Positions 16,814-24,566 of a DNA stretch of 56,506 nt are shown here, one piece after another. The stretch lies in the IMG/VR virus record IMGVR_UViG_3300029951_000034. One strand, 5' to 3'. The number at the start of each line of letters is the position of its first letter. The stretch's first letter is position 1. The notes under the pieces were generated by a model, which saw nothing but the letters and a program-made list of their open reading frames with translations, had not been told where the DNA came from and did not search any database. Source of the DNA: a virus. Made by a program: the position numbers and the translations under genes.

Positions 16814-17212
16814 CTATTTGTGGTCGGCTTCCCAGCCCGCATAGAACGCCGAAGCGCAGATCTTATCGTACTCAGCCCCGGCCGCAGCGCAGATCTTATC
16901 GTACTCAGCCCCGGCCGCAGCGCAGATCTTATCGTACTCAGCCCAGGCCGCATCGCGGGCCTTGTTGTACTCAGCCCAGGCCGAAGCGCGGACCTTCTCA
17001 GCCCAGGCCGCATCGCAGACCTTCTCGTACTCAGCCCAGGCCGCAGGCGACAAGATATGTCGCGCCGCCCAGGTCCAGTCGAATTTCTGGGCGTGCTCAA
17101 GGCAGGTGGCGAGCGTGACTTCGACCGAGTTTCCGAAGGTAGCTCGGAACAACTCGACCTGGGAATTGCAAGCCCCAGCGAGCTTGAGCTGGCGCAGAGT
17201 GATTTTAGCCAT
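16814..17212 (-). CDS. hypothetical protein with 11-aa A(W/G)AEY(D/E/N)K(I/V)(C/R)xA repeats (132 aa)
   Basis: ORF whose C-terminal two-thirds is ...AWAEYEKVCDAAWAEKVRASAWAEYNKARDAAWAEYDKICAAAGAEYDKICAAAGAEYDKICASA... Confidence 0.6.
   Translation of the reverse strand: MAKITLRQLKLAGACNSQVELFRATFGNSVEVTLATCLEHAQKFDWTWAARHILSPAAWAEYEKVCDAAWAEKVRASAWAEYNKARDAAWAEYDKICAAAGAEYDKICAAAGAEYDKICASAFYAGWEADHK
16854..17046 (-). repeat. 33-bp coding tandem repeat, about 6 units; the three 3'-proximal units are almost identical
   Basis: gcgcagatcttatcgtactcagccccggccgca occurs three times, followed by degenerate units. Confidence 0.85.
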
Positions 17213-17249
17213 TTTGGTTGTCCTCCAGGACGTTCAGGTTTCGGGAGAC

Positions 17250-17582
17250 TCAAGCTCCCACCGCCCGCGATCCCGCACTCTCGACCCAAAGCCGAGCCTC
17301 GATTTCAGGCGCCGTGATCTTCGGGTCCGCCGTGTGTGGATCGGTGTGACCAGCGGCCAAGCGCCATTGACGAGCCGCCTCGATCACCATCCGCAATCCC
17401 GCTTCCCGCTTCGACAGCGAGGCCATCGCGGCGGTAGGCGGCGAACCTTTCGGCAGGGCGTTGCGCGCGACGGCGAAATCGAAGCGCATTTCATACATCA
17501 GGTCTTCGGCCTGGGCGTAGGTGATGGGGGTCAGGCCGATGTAAATCGAGCCGCCCATGTGATGGATGGGGGGGCTGGTCAT
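17250..17582 (-). CDS. hypothetical protein (110 aa)
   Basis: Internal ATG with an ATGA overlap to 17579..17803. Confidence 0.55.
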   Translation of the reverse strand: MTSPPIHHMGGSIYIGLTPITYAQAEDLMYEMRFDFAVARNALPKGSPPTAAMASLSKREAGLRMVIEAARQWRLAAGHTDPHTADPKITAPEIEARLWVESAGSRAVGA

Positions 17583-17803
17583 GGGGCTTTTCCTTCGGCT
17601 AGGGGGCGGCCGGTGAGATAGCAAGCGATCGAGCCGAACGCCGCGTTGAAAGCGCTCTCGGCCGCGGCCAGTTCAGCCCGGTCGGCGCGGTAGATCGCCA
17701 TGGTCGCGTCGCTGATGTAGTGGGCGCAGAACGTCGGCGCGTCATCATGGACGAGGAAGTCATGGCCGTCGCTGGCGTAGGAGAGTTCGAGGAGGGTTTG
17801 CAT
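17579..17803 (-). CDS. hypothetical protein (74 aa)
   Basis: Internal ATG 2 nt after the upstream stop. Confidence 0.5.
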   Translation of the reverse strand: MQTLLELSYASDGHDFLVHDDAPTFCAHYISDATMAIYRADRAELAAAESAFNAAFGSIACYLTGRPLAEGKAP

Positions 17804-17805
17804 GA

Positions 17806-17991
17806 TCAGGCCACCTTCGCCAGCCAAGCCGCTTCGTACTGCTTGCGTGCGTGTTCGACGCCAGCGCGGGCCTTGGCGCGGATGACCTCGATGCCGGGCA
17901 GGCTGTCGTTGTCGGTCGCCATGAGGCGCTGAAGGCATTTTTCGCCGCTGTCGAGAATGTCGCGGCGGAGGGTGATCAGGTCGGTGGTCAT
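17806..17991 (-). CDS. hypothetical protein (61 aa), first gene of the leftward early operon
   Basis: Internal ATG preceded by GAGG. It lies about 21 nt downstream of the predicted leftward start site. Confidence 0.5.
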   Translation of the reverse strand: MTTDLITLRRDILDSGEKCLQRLMATDNDSLPGIEVIRAKARAGVEHARKQYEAAWLAKVA

Positions 17992-18018
17992 GTCGGTGGC
18001 CTCGTTTCGTTGACCTGA

Positions 18019-18091
18019 ATGTGCGCCGATACGATTATCAATGTCAAACAAAAAAATACAGGTTGACACGATTTATCACTTTGGCGCACAT
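18019..18091. promoter_or_regulatory. back-to-back divergent promoter pair within a 73-bp imperfect palindrome
   Basis: Rightward: TTGACA (18063-18068), 17 nt, GCACAT (18086-18091). Leftward, on the minus strand: TTGACA (18042-18047), 17 nt, GCACAT (18019-18024). The flanks TGTGCGCC / GGCGCACA are inverted repeats. An A-rich 15-bp spacer separates the two -35 boxes. Confidence 0.5.
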
Positions 18092-18097
18092 AGACCC

Positions 18098-18307
18098 ATG
18101 AGCACAATTATCGATACCGAACCGCCCCCGCCGCCCACATTGCGGGAGACAATCGAGGGGTTGGAAATCGGCCAATCGCTCCTGTCTCAGGCGCACGCAC
18201 TGCATACCATCCGCACCACGGCGGCCAGGGTCTGCGCCACTCACCCAAACCGTAAATTTCGCAGCAAGGCGACGGACGACGGCGCCCGCATATGGAGGAT
18301 TGCATGA
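18098..18307 (+). CDS. hypothetical protein (69 aa), first gene of the rightward operon, possibly leaderless
   Basis: The ATG lies 7 nt after the putative -10 box. MSTIIDTEPPPPPTLRETIEGL...DDGARIWRIA. Confidence 0.5.
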   Translation: MSTIIDTEPPPPPTLRETIEGLEIGQSLLSQAHALHTIRTTAARVCATHPNRKFRSKATDDGARIWRIA

Positions 18308-18621
18308 TCACCTTCGCCGACGCCCAAGAGCGCGAGCATTGCCGCCTCGATCTGCACAAGGTCCAGGAGGGGCTGTTTCCGCTGGCCGCGTGGTTCGAAC
18401 GGTATTCCGAGCGGCTGGCCGCGCTGTTGCTGGAGCCGCTGGCCGATGAGGAAGACAACAGCGAATTGCATGATGATTTGGAGCGAGCGGAGGCCGACGC
18501 AACCAAGGCCGAAGAACTTGCAGAGGCGCGCTCCAAAGCCATCAACGATGCGTGTGCCCTTCTCGAAAACGATCCGCCGCTCGTGGCCGACGCCTTGACC
18601 GTTCTGGAAAACCCCGAATGA
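18304..18621 (+). CDS. highly acidic hypothetical protein (105 aa)
   Basis: ATGA overlap with the upstream gene. Hand count gives 27 D/E against 9 K/R. Confidence 0.55.
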   Translation: MITFADAQEREHCRLDLHKVQEGLFPLAAWFERYSERLAALLLEPLADEEDNSELHDDLERAEADATKAEELAEARSKAINDACALLENDPPLVADALTVLENPE

Positions 18622-19703
18622 AGTTCTCAATTGAACGCAACGTCCTCATCGGCGCCCTGGCCCATGTCACCGGCGTCGTCGCCCGCAAGAACACCATCCC
18701 GATTCTAAGTTGCGTCCTGATCGACGCGGCTCCGGGCCAACTCACCATCCGCGCAACCAATCTGGACATGGAAGCCACCGTGCGCGTTGACGCCACGGTG
18801 AGTGAGGTCGGTTCATGCTGCGTCGCCGGCTCCATGCTGGCCGATATCGCCAAGAATGCAGCGGAGGGTGCGGATATCGCACTCGACCTCGGCAAGCGCC
18901 TGGCGATCAAGACGGGGCGGTCGCGGTTCAATCTGGCTGTCCAACCGACATCGGATTTCCCATCGTTCCCGGCTGTCGAGGGCGGCGCATCGTTCACATG
19001 GCGAGCGCGGGAGATCGGTGCGGTCATCAATCGGGTGGCCTTCGCGCAAGGGGCCGATGTCGGCAAAGCCTATCTGTGCGGCGTGCGGCTGTTCGGGACG
19101 GCCGGACTGCTGGGCGTCGCGGCCACGAACGGCAAACATATCGCCATCTTCGATACGCTTGTTGCGGCGCCCGATTTCGCCATCACCGTACCAACCGCCA
19201 TGGTCAACGAGCTGAAGCGCATGCTGGATACCGATGGCGACGCGACAGTGAGCGTTTCGCCAACCAAGCTGGGCGTCATGGTCGATGGCGTCGAGATCAT
19301 CGGCAAGTTGGTCGATGGCAATTTTGCCGATTTCCGTGGTGTCGTGGCGCGCACGAAGCACGACGCGACTGCCACGTTGGCGCGCGAGGAACTGGCCGGC
19401 GCGTTGCGGCGCGTCATGCTGGCGGCGACCGACCAGGAAACCACGGCGCGACTGGCGCTCGAGACCGGCGCGATTGTCGTTACCGCCAAGGGCCAGGATG
19501 CGGACGCCGAGGATAGCGTGGCGTGCGATTACGATGGCGAGCCGATCATGTTCGGGGTCAATGCGGCGCAAGTGCTACAGGCGCTCGCAGCGATTGAGGG
19601 CGATGACGTGGAAATCCGCACCGGGCCGCATCCCAATCCGTTCCGGCTTTCGGCGCCTGGGGATGATCGGTTCATGGTGCTCAATGCGGTGTTCAGGGCG
19701 TGA
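18618..19703 (+). CDS. dnaN: DNA polymerase III beta sliding clamp
   Basis: ATGA overlap with the upstream gene. MKFSIERNVLIGALAHVTGVVARKNTIPILSCVLIDA...LTIRATNLDME... is the typical DnaN N-terminus. At 361 aa it has the length of a three-domain clamp. Confidence 0.85.
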   Translation: MKFSIERNVLIGALAHVTGVVARKNTIPILSCVLIDAAPGQLTIRATNLDMEATVRVDATVSEVGSCCVAGSMLADIAKNAAEGADIALDLGKRLAIKTGRSRFNLAVQPTSDFPSFPAVEGGASFTWRAREIGAVINRVAFAQGADVGKAYLCGVRLFGTAGLLGVAATNGKHIAIFDTLVAAPDFAITVPTAMVNELKRMLDTDGDATVSVSPTKLGVMVDGVEIIGKLVDGNFADFRGVVARTKHDATATLAREELAGALRRVMLAATDQETTARLALETGAIVVTAKGQDADAEDSVACDYDGEPIMFGVNAAQVLQALAAIEGDDVEIRTGPHPNPFRLSAPGDDRFMVLNAVFRA

Positions 19704-21058
19704 GCGAGTATGCGGAGTTCGTCGTCGCGAAATCACAGATGGCCGGTTGCGCCGGGTTCGAGCCGACGTTTCGGCATCCTCAGGCGTTCGACTTCCAATC
19801 CCATATGGTCGATTGGGCGGTTCGTCAGGGACGTGCGGCCCTGTTCGAGGATTGTGGGCTCGGCAAGACGCTTCAGCAATTCACCTGGGCGCACAACGTC
19901 AGCCGAGAGACCAACAAGCCGGTTCTCATTCTGGCGCCGCTCATGGTCGTCACCCAAAGCGTCGAGGAAGCGGCTAAGTTCGACTTCGAGGCCGAAGGGT
20001 CATTGGATGGCAAGTTCAAGACGCAGACGGGTGTGGTTGTCGCCAACTACGAACGTCTGCACTATTTCGATCCGGCCGACTTCGGCGGCGTCGTCTGCGA
20101 CGAAAGCGGCTGTCTGAAGAATTTCGAGGGCGCCAGAAAATCGGAGATCACGGAGTTCATGAAGAAGGTTCGCTACCGCCTTCTGTGCAGCGCCACGCCT
20201 TCGCCGAACGACTACATCGAATTGGGCACGTCCTCGGAGGCGCTCGGCCAACTCGGCTATATGGACATGCTGGGCATGTTCTTCAAAAATGATGAAGACA
20301 CCCTCCATCCCCTTTCGATGGGTACGCAGTGGCGGTTCAAGAGCCATGCACAGCGGGCGTTCTGGCGGTGGGTGTGCTCATGGGCCAGGGCCATCCGCCA
20401 ACCGTCGGACGTGGGCTTCGATGATGGGCCGTTCGTTCTGCCCCCGCTGATCGAGCGTGACCACATGGTCAAGAGCCCCGTTCTGGAGGGACAGCTTTTC
20501 GCTATGCCGGCGCAAGGGTTGGCGGAAGAACGAGCGGAACGGCGTGGGTCATTGACCGATCGGTGCGAGAAGGCGGCCGAACTTCATGCTCAGGGCGGCG
20601 CGGGGATCGCCTGGTGTCAATTGAATGATGAGGCTGACTTGCTTTGCAAGCTGATACCCGGCGCCATGCAGATCGCGGGGTCCGACAGGGACGAACGCAA
20701 GATCGAGTTGTTCAACGCCTTCCGTCACGGCCAACTCGACAAACTGGTCACCAAGCCGAAGATCATGGCTTGGGGCGCGAACTTCCAGCACGCCAACTAT
20801 ATGACCATGTTCGCCGATCACTCGTTCGAGCAGTATTATCAGATGGTCCGCCGCATGTGGCGGTTCGGCCAGAAACGCCCGGTGACGGCCGACACGATTA
20901 CGACCGAGGGGTTAGCCGGCGTCACCAAGAACCTCAAGCGCAAAGCCGCCGCAGCCGATGAAATGTTCCGCCTCATGGTTGAGCAGATGAACGATGCGCT
21001 GGGCGTGAAGCGGTTTCACGAACATACCAACAATCAGGATTTGCCGACATGGCTGTAA
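19700..21058 (+). CDS. SNF2/DEAD-like superfamily-2 helicase
   Basis: GTGA overlap with dnaN. Motif I DCGLGKT, motif II VVCDESG, motif III CSATPSPND. Confidence 0.75.
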   Translation: MSEYAEFVVAKSQMAGCAGFEPTFRHPQAFDFQSHMVDWAVRQGRAALFEDCGLGKTLQQFTWAHNVSRETNKPVLILAPLMVVTQSVEEAAKFDFEAEGSLDGKFKTQTGVVVANYERLHYFDPADFGGVVCDESGCLKNFEGARKSEITEFMKKVRYRLLCSATPSPNDYIELGTSSEALGQLGYMDMLGMFFKNDEDTLHPLSMGTQWRFKSHAQRAFWRWVCSWARAIRQPSDVGFDDGPFVLPPLIERDHMVKSPVLEGQLFAMPAQGLAEERAERRGSLTDRCEKAAELHAQGGAGIAWCQLNDEADLLCKLIPGAMQIAGSDRDERKIELFNAFRHGQLDKLVTKPKIMAWGANFQHANYMTMFADHSFEQYYQMVRRMWRFGQKRPVTADTITTEGLAGVTKNLKRKAAAADEMFRLMVEQMNDALGVKRFHEHTNNQDLPTWL

Positions 21059-22026
21059 TCGATCAGAAAATCACCGACGGCTATGCGGTCTATAATGGTG
21101 ATTGCGTTGAGGTGGTTGGCGGATTGCCGTCAAAATCTATTGATATTTCGGTATATTCTCCCCCTTTCGCGGGCCTATACACGTATTCTTCCGACGATCG
21201 CGACATGTCCAACAGCGCCAGTTACGACGCTTTCTATGACCACTACGAGTTCATCGTGCGCGAAATTGCCCGCGTCACCAAGCCGGGCCGCATGAGCGTC
21301 GTTCACTGCATGGACATCCCCAATCCTGGCCAGAAATCCGGCTATCATGATCTCCCCGGTCGGATCATCGCGCTTCACGAGCGCCACGGATTCTATTTCT
21401 TCGGCCGCACGGTCATATGGAAAGAGCCGCTCGCGGTGGCGATCCGCACGCGCCTTAAGCACCTGACCCACAAGCAACTCGTCAAGGATAGCTGCGAAAG
21501 CACCGTGGCAGCCGGCGACTTCATTCTGGTGTTCAAGCGGGTCGGCGAAAACGTGGTTCCGGTTTCTCATGCTACCGGTTTCGATACCTATGCCGGCGCC
21601 ATGGAAGTCCCCGCGCATCTGATGCGCTTCAAGGGGACAACGAAGCAGGATGAAAACAAGCTGTCTCATTGGATTTGGAGGCGTTATGCCTCTTGCGTCT
21701 GGGATGACATCCGCATGAACCGCGTTTTGGAATACAAGCAGGCGCGCGAACCTGAAGACGAAAAGCACTGTCATCCGCTACAGCTCGACGTCATCGCACG
21801 ATGCGTTCAACTCTGGACCAATCCGGGCGAGACGCTCTTGACGCCATTCATGGGCGTAGGGTCGGAGGTCTATGGCGCGGTCCATGCTGGCCGACGCGGG
21901 ATCGGTGTCGAGTTGAAAACTTCCTACTACAAGCAGGCGCTCAAACATGTTGGACGAGCGAAGGCTGATGCGGTCAAGGGCGAAGAACCTGGATTGCAAT
22001 TCGAAGTCACGCAGGCCGCCGAATGA
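21049..22026 (+). CDS. beta-class amino DNA methyltransferase (N6-adenine or N4-cytosine)
   Basis: Catalytic SPPF (ISVYSPPFAG) lies N-terminal and the SAM-binding loop FMGVGSE lies C-terminal. This is the circular order seen in CcrM/HinfI-type enzymes. Confidence 0.8.
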   Translation: MAVIDQKITDGYAVYNGDCVEVVGGLPSKSIDISVYSPPFAGLYTYSSDDRDMSNSASYDAFYDHYEFIVREIARVTKPGRMSVVHCMDIPNPGQKSGYHDLPGRIIALHERHGFYFFGRTVIWKEPLAVAIRTRLKHLTHKQLVKDSCESTVAAGDFILVFKRVGENVVPVSHATGFDTYAGAMEVPAHLMRFKGTTKQDENKLSHWIWRRYASCVWDDIRMNRVLEYKQAREPEDEKHCHPLQLDVIARCVQLWTNPGETLLTPFMGVGSEVYGAVHAGRRGIGVELKTSYYKQALKHVGRAKADAVKGEEPGLQFEVTQAAE

Positions 22027-22193
22027 TCCGCTTCAACGGCACTATCATCAGCACCGACGAAGGCTTGCCCGATCCGACGTGGCCGACCGATGTTGAATTG
22101 AGATATTTATGGCTCTACGGCGATGTCGAGGAGCGCCGCAAAATCAATGCGGCCGACGAAGCCAAATGGCGCAATCTGGGGAGGCCGAAATGA
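22023..22193 (+). CDS. hypothetical protein (56 aa)
   Basis: Below the ORF-track cutoff. ATGA overlaps at both ends. Confidence 0.4.
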   Translation: MIRFNGTIISTDEGLPDPTWPTDVELRYLWLYGDVEERRKINAADEAKWRNLGRPK

Positions 22194-22840
22194 GCGCTGC
22201 CGACAATGCCCGATTCTGGACGCCCGAGCGCCAGACCCGCTTAGCCGAACTTGCCGCGATAGGATGGTCTGCCGCTCAGATCGGGGCTGACATCCAGGCC
22301 AGTCGGTCAGCCGTCATCGGGCGTGCATCGCGGACCGGTGTGCGCCTAGTCGGCAATTGCGGACATCGGCCACATACGACCCCGAAATTCTGGACACCGC
22401 GCGTCACCGCCGAAGCGCGCGAACTGTGGCTGTCCGGCATGACCACGCATCGGATCGCCAAGCTGATCGGCGCCACAAGTCACCACGCCGTCGCCAACAA
22501 GGCCAGGAGCGCCAAGTGGGGCAAGCATCCATCCGTCGTGGCGCGAGAGGCCGCAGCTGCCGCCAGGCGCGACGGGAAGCGGCCGGAACCGATGGTGTTC
22601 ACCCCGACCGAATGCGCGCCGACTGATGGCGTGGCATTTGACGACCTGGCGCGGGATGGGTGTCGGTATGCGCTCAATCAGCCGGCGGCGCATGACATCG
22701 GGAGCATGAGATTTTGCGGAGAACATGGCTATCCATATTGTCCGGACCACGCAGCGCTTTGCTATGACATGCCAATGCGCCGCGCCGGGATCAAAGAGCG
22801 CGCACGATTGGCGCTTCAGGTCGTGGAGATGTTCCCATGA
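22190..22840 (+). CDS. gcrA: GcrA-like cell-cycle transcription regulator
   Basis: GGGGAGG RBS. WTPERQTRLAELAAIGWSAAQIGADIQASRSAVIGRASRTGV, a second similar HTH-like unit, and the C-terminal C...FCG...PYCPDH motif typical of GcrA. Confidence 0.75.
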   Translation: MSAADNARFWTPERQTRLAELAAIGWSAAQIGADIQASRSAVIGRASRTGVRLVGNCGHRPHTTPKFWTPRVTAEARELWLSGMTTHRIAKLIGATSHHAVANKARSAKWGKHPSVVAREAAAAARRDGKRPEPMVFTPTECAPTDGVAFDDLARDGCRYALNQPAAHDIGSMRFCGEHGYPYCPDHAALCYDMPMRRAGIKERARLALQVVEMFP

Positions 22841-23286
22841 CCGCGCCATTCGCCTTCAAGCGCGGTCCTGCGATGTATTCCAAGCCCCGCGCCAAACGTC
22901 AGGAACCCGAACTGATCCTGCAAGCCGGGATCGTCCAGTTCCTGACTTACGCCCTGCCGCCCGAATACGTCTGGACGGCCGATGCATCTGGCGCGCGGAC
23001 CAGTGCGGCCACGGCGGCGAAACTCAAGGCGAGCGGTGTCAAGCGTGGCAACCCTGACCTTCGCATCCTCTGCCCGGACGGCCTGACTCGCTACATGGAA
23101 ACCAAGCCCGAGGGTCGGAAACTGACGCCCGAGCAACTCGCGTTCAAACTGGCGTGCATCGCAACCGGCCGCGACATCTGGGGCCTGGCGCGCTCGATCG
23201 AGGATGCTGAACGCCACTGTCTGCGGTGGGGGATTCCGCTGCGGTGCGCGATTTCGGACGCGACGCGGTATGGGGTGAGGGGGTGA
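22837..23286 (+). CDS. VRR-NUC domain nuclease
   Basis: ATGA overlap with the upstream gene. GVKRGNPDLRILCPDG...YMETKPEGRKLTPEQ (PD...ExK core). Confidence 0.7.
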   Translation: MTAPFAFKRGPAMYSKPRAKRQEPELILQAGIVQFLTYALPPEYVWTADASGARTSAATAAKLKASGVKRGNPDLRILCPDGLTRYMETKPEGRKLTPEQLAFKLACIATGRDIWGLARSIEDAERHCLRWGIPLRCAISDATRYGVRG

Positions 23287-23480
23287 GGCCGCTTGCCTTG
23301 GATATTTGTTCGGGCCTAGGCGGTTGGGCTGAGGGTCTGGAATCGGCCGGCTGGGATGTAATCCGCCTGGATATCGCCGATATGTTCAAAGAAACCGGAA
23401 CGCCAAAGCCGGAAACCTGGGCGTCAACGACGCCATGCGCTTCGATCGCGCCATTCCGGGGATTGTCGGCAAGCGCCTGA
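23283..23480 (+). pseudogene. orphan N-terminal fragment of a C5-cytosine DNA methyltransferase (motifs I-II only)
   Basis: GTGA overlap with the upstream gene. RPLALDICSGLGGWAEGLESAGWDVIRLDI corresponds to the FxGxGG SAM loop plus the acidic motif II. The ORF stops after 65 aa with no PCQ, ENV or later motifs. Confidence 0.55.
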
Positions 23481-23528
23481 CCTATCGGCGGACTAACGGA
23501 CAGCAAGCCGAAGCGTAAGGGGAAACGC

Positions 23529-24137
23529 TCATGACCTCGGAATGGGACAAGAACAGTGCGGGCAATATCGCACTTCAGGCGCTGGTGAATTATGAGGCGC
23601 TTGACTTCTATGGAATCGCTGTAGGTCTTCGACTCGAAATATCGCCCGGACCCGATCCGGATGGGCCTCGTATATTCGTACAACTTTCAATGGATGTAGA
23701 TCGCGCTCAAGACCTCGCGAATTTGCTTCAGATGGTAGTGGACCATATCCAAGCCCAGAAACCCCAAGCTCCGACGAACTAGACATGGCGGCGCGCACCT
23801 CGCGTAGATTGGTGGTGGCATGACGAGGAGAACGATCTACTTGATAAGCGGCGAGCAGAACGGCCCGCACGGCTTCATCTTCTCCTCCCACAGGAAAAGC
23901 CACATCCATCGGGCAAAGCTCCGAAAGCGCCAAAACGGCCGCCTCAACCATAGCGGAAGTAATCTCAATCACCGTCCTGTCACGCAGCTTAACCATAGCC
24001 CTAGTCCTTACTATGTCAAAGGGATAATTCCCCAATGTTGCTGTCGGGTGTCGCCTTTCCCAGGCAGACGCTTTAGCCGCCAAGGGCTCACTTGCCTCCA
24101 GCAGGCGCGTGATGATGGCGGTGGCGGAATCGGTCAT
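23529..24137 (-). CDS. hypothetical protein; the first ~100 codons look credible, while the 3' half may be read-through into antisense of 23531..23782
   Basis: The ORF is 202 aa. The N-terminal part (MTDSATAIITRLLEASEPLAAKASAWERRH...) looks native and the C-terminal part looks unnatural (..HNSPAPEVRYCPHCSCPIPRS). Confidence 0.4.
   Translation of the reverse strand: MTDSATAIITRLLEASEPLAAKASAWERRHPTATLGNYPFDIVRTRAMVKLRDRTVIEITSAMVEAAVLALSELCPMDVAFPVGGEDEAVRAVLLAAYQVDRSPRHATTNLREVRAAMSSSSELGVSGLGYGPLPSEANSRGLERDLHPLKVVRIYEAHPDRVRAIFRVEDLQRFHRSQAPHNSPAPEVRYCPHCSCPIPRS
23531..23782 (+). CDS. hypothetical protein (83 aa) in a lower-GC patch
   Basis: AAGGGGA RBS 7 nt upstream. Protein-like amphipathic sequence. 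It is fully overlapped on the opposite strand by the 3' half of ORF 23529..24137. Confidence 0.5.
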   Translation: MTSEWDKNSAGNIALQALVNYEALDFYGIAVGLRLEISPGPDPDGPRIFVQLSMDVDRAQDLANLLQMVVDHIQAQKPQAPTN

Positions 24138-24235
24138 GTCAGGTTCCTCTACGTCCTCAGCCCCGCAACGGCAGCGCCGCGCGGGGCTTCGGGTCCACCG
24201 GCGGGGATTGGGGGCGCCGGCTGGGGGACGGACGG

Positions 24236-24547
24236 TTATTCGTTGGCCTTCACGCGCGGCGCCCAGACCGTGAACCGGCCGCTCGCCAGCGTCTCCAAGA
24301 GAACGACTTCATTCGATCCCTGCATCATCACCTTGGCGATCGTGCCGCCCTGCTTGAGCTTTTGCGTCCAGACACGCATGGCGTCGGGGTCTTCCAGGCG
24401 CAGGGTCTCGATGCCGGTGAGCGGCGTGCCGGCGACTGGCTCGGTGGTCGATGGCGCTTCAATCGCGGCCTTGATCGCGGCCAGGGGGTCGGGCTTGTCG
24501 TCTTCCTTGATGGCTTCCTTAATCTGGTCGGCGAATTTGGCGGTCAT
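24236..24547 (-). CDS. hypothetical protein (103 aa)
   Basis: ORF with high GC3, downstream of 24567..25919 in the same operon. Confidence 0.55.
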   Translation of the reverse strand: MTAKFADQIKEAIKEDDKPDPLAAIKAAIEAPSTTEPVAGTPLTGIETLRLEDPDAMRVWTQKLKQGGTIAKVMMQGSNEVVLLETLASGRFTVWAPRVKANE

Positions 24548-24566
24548 GTGGGTTCCTTCGGTTAAA

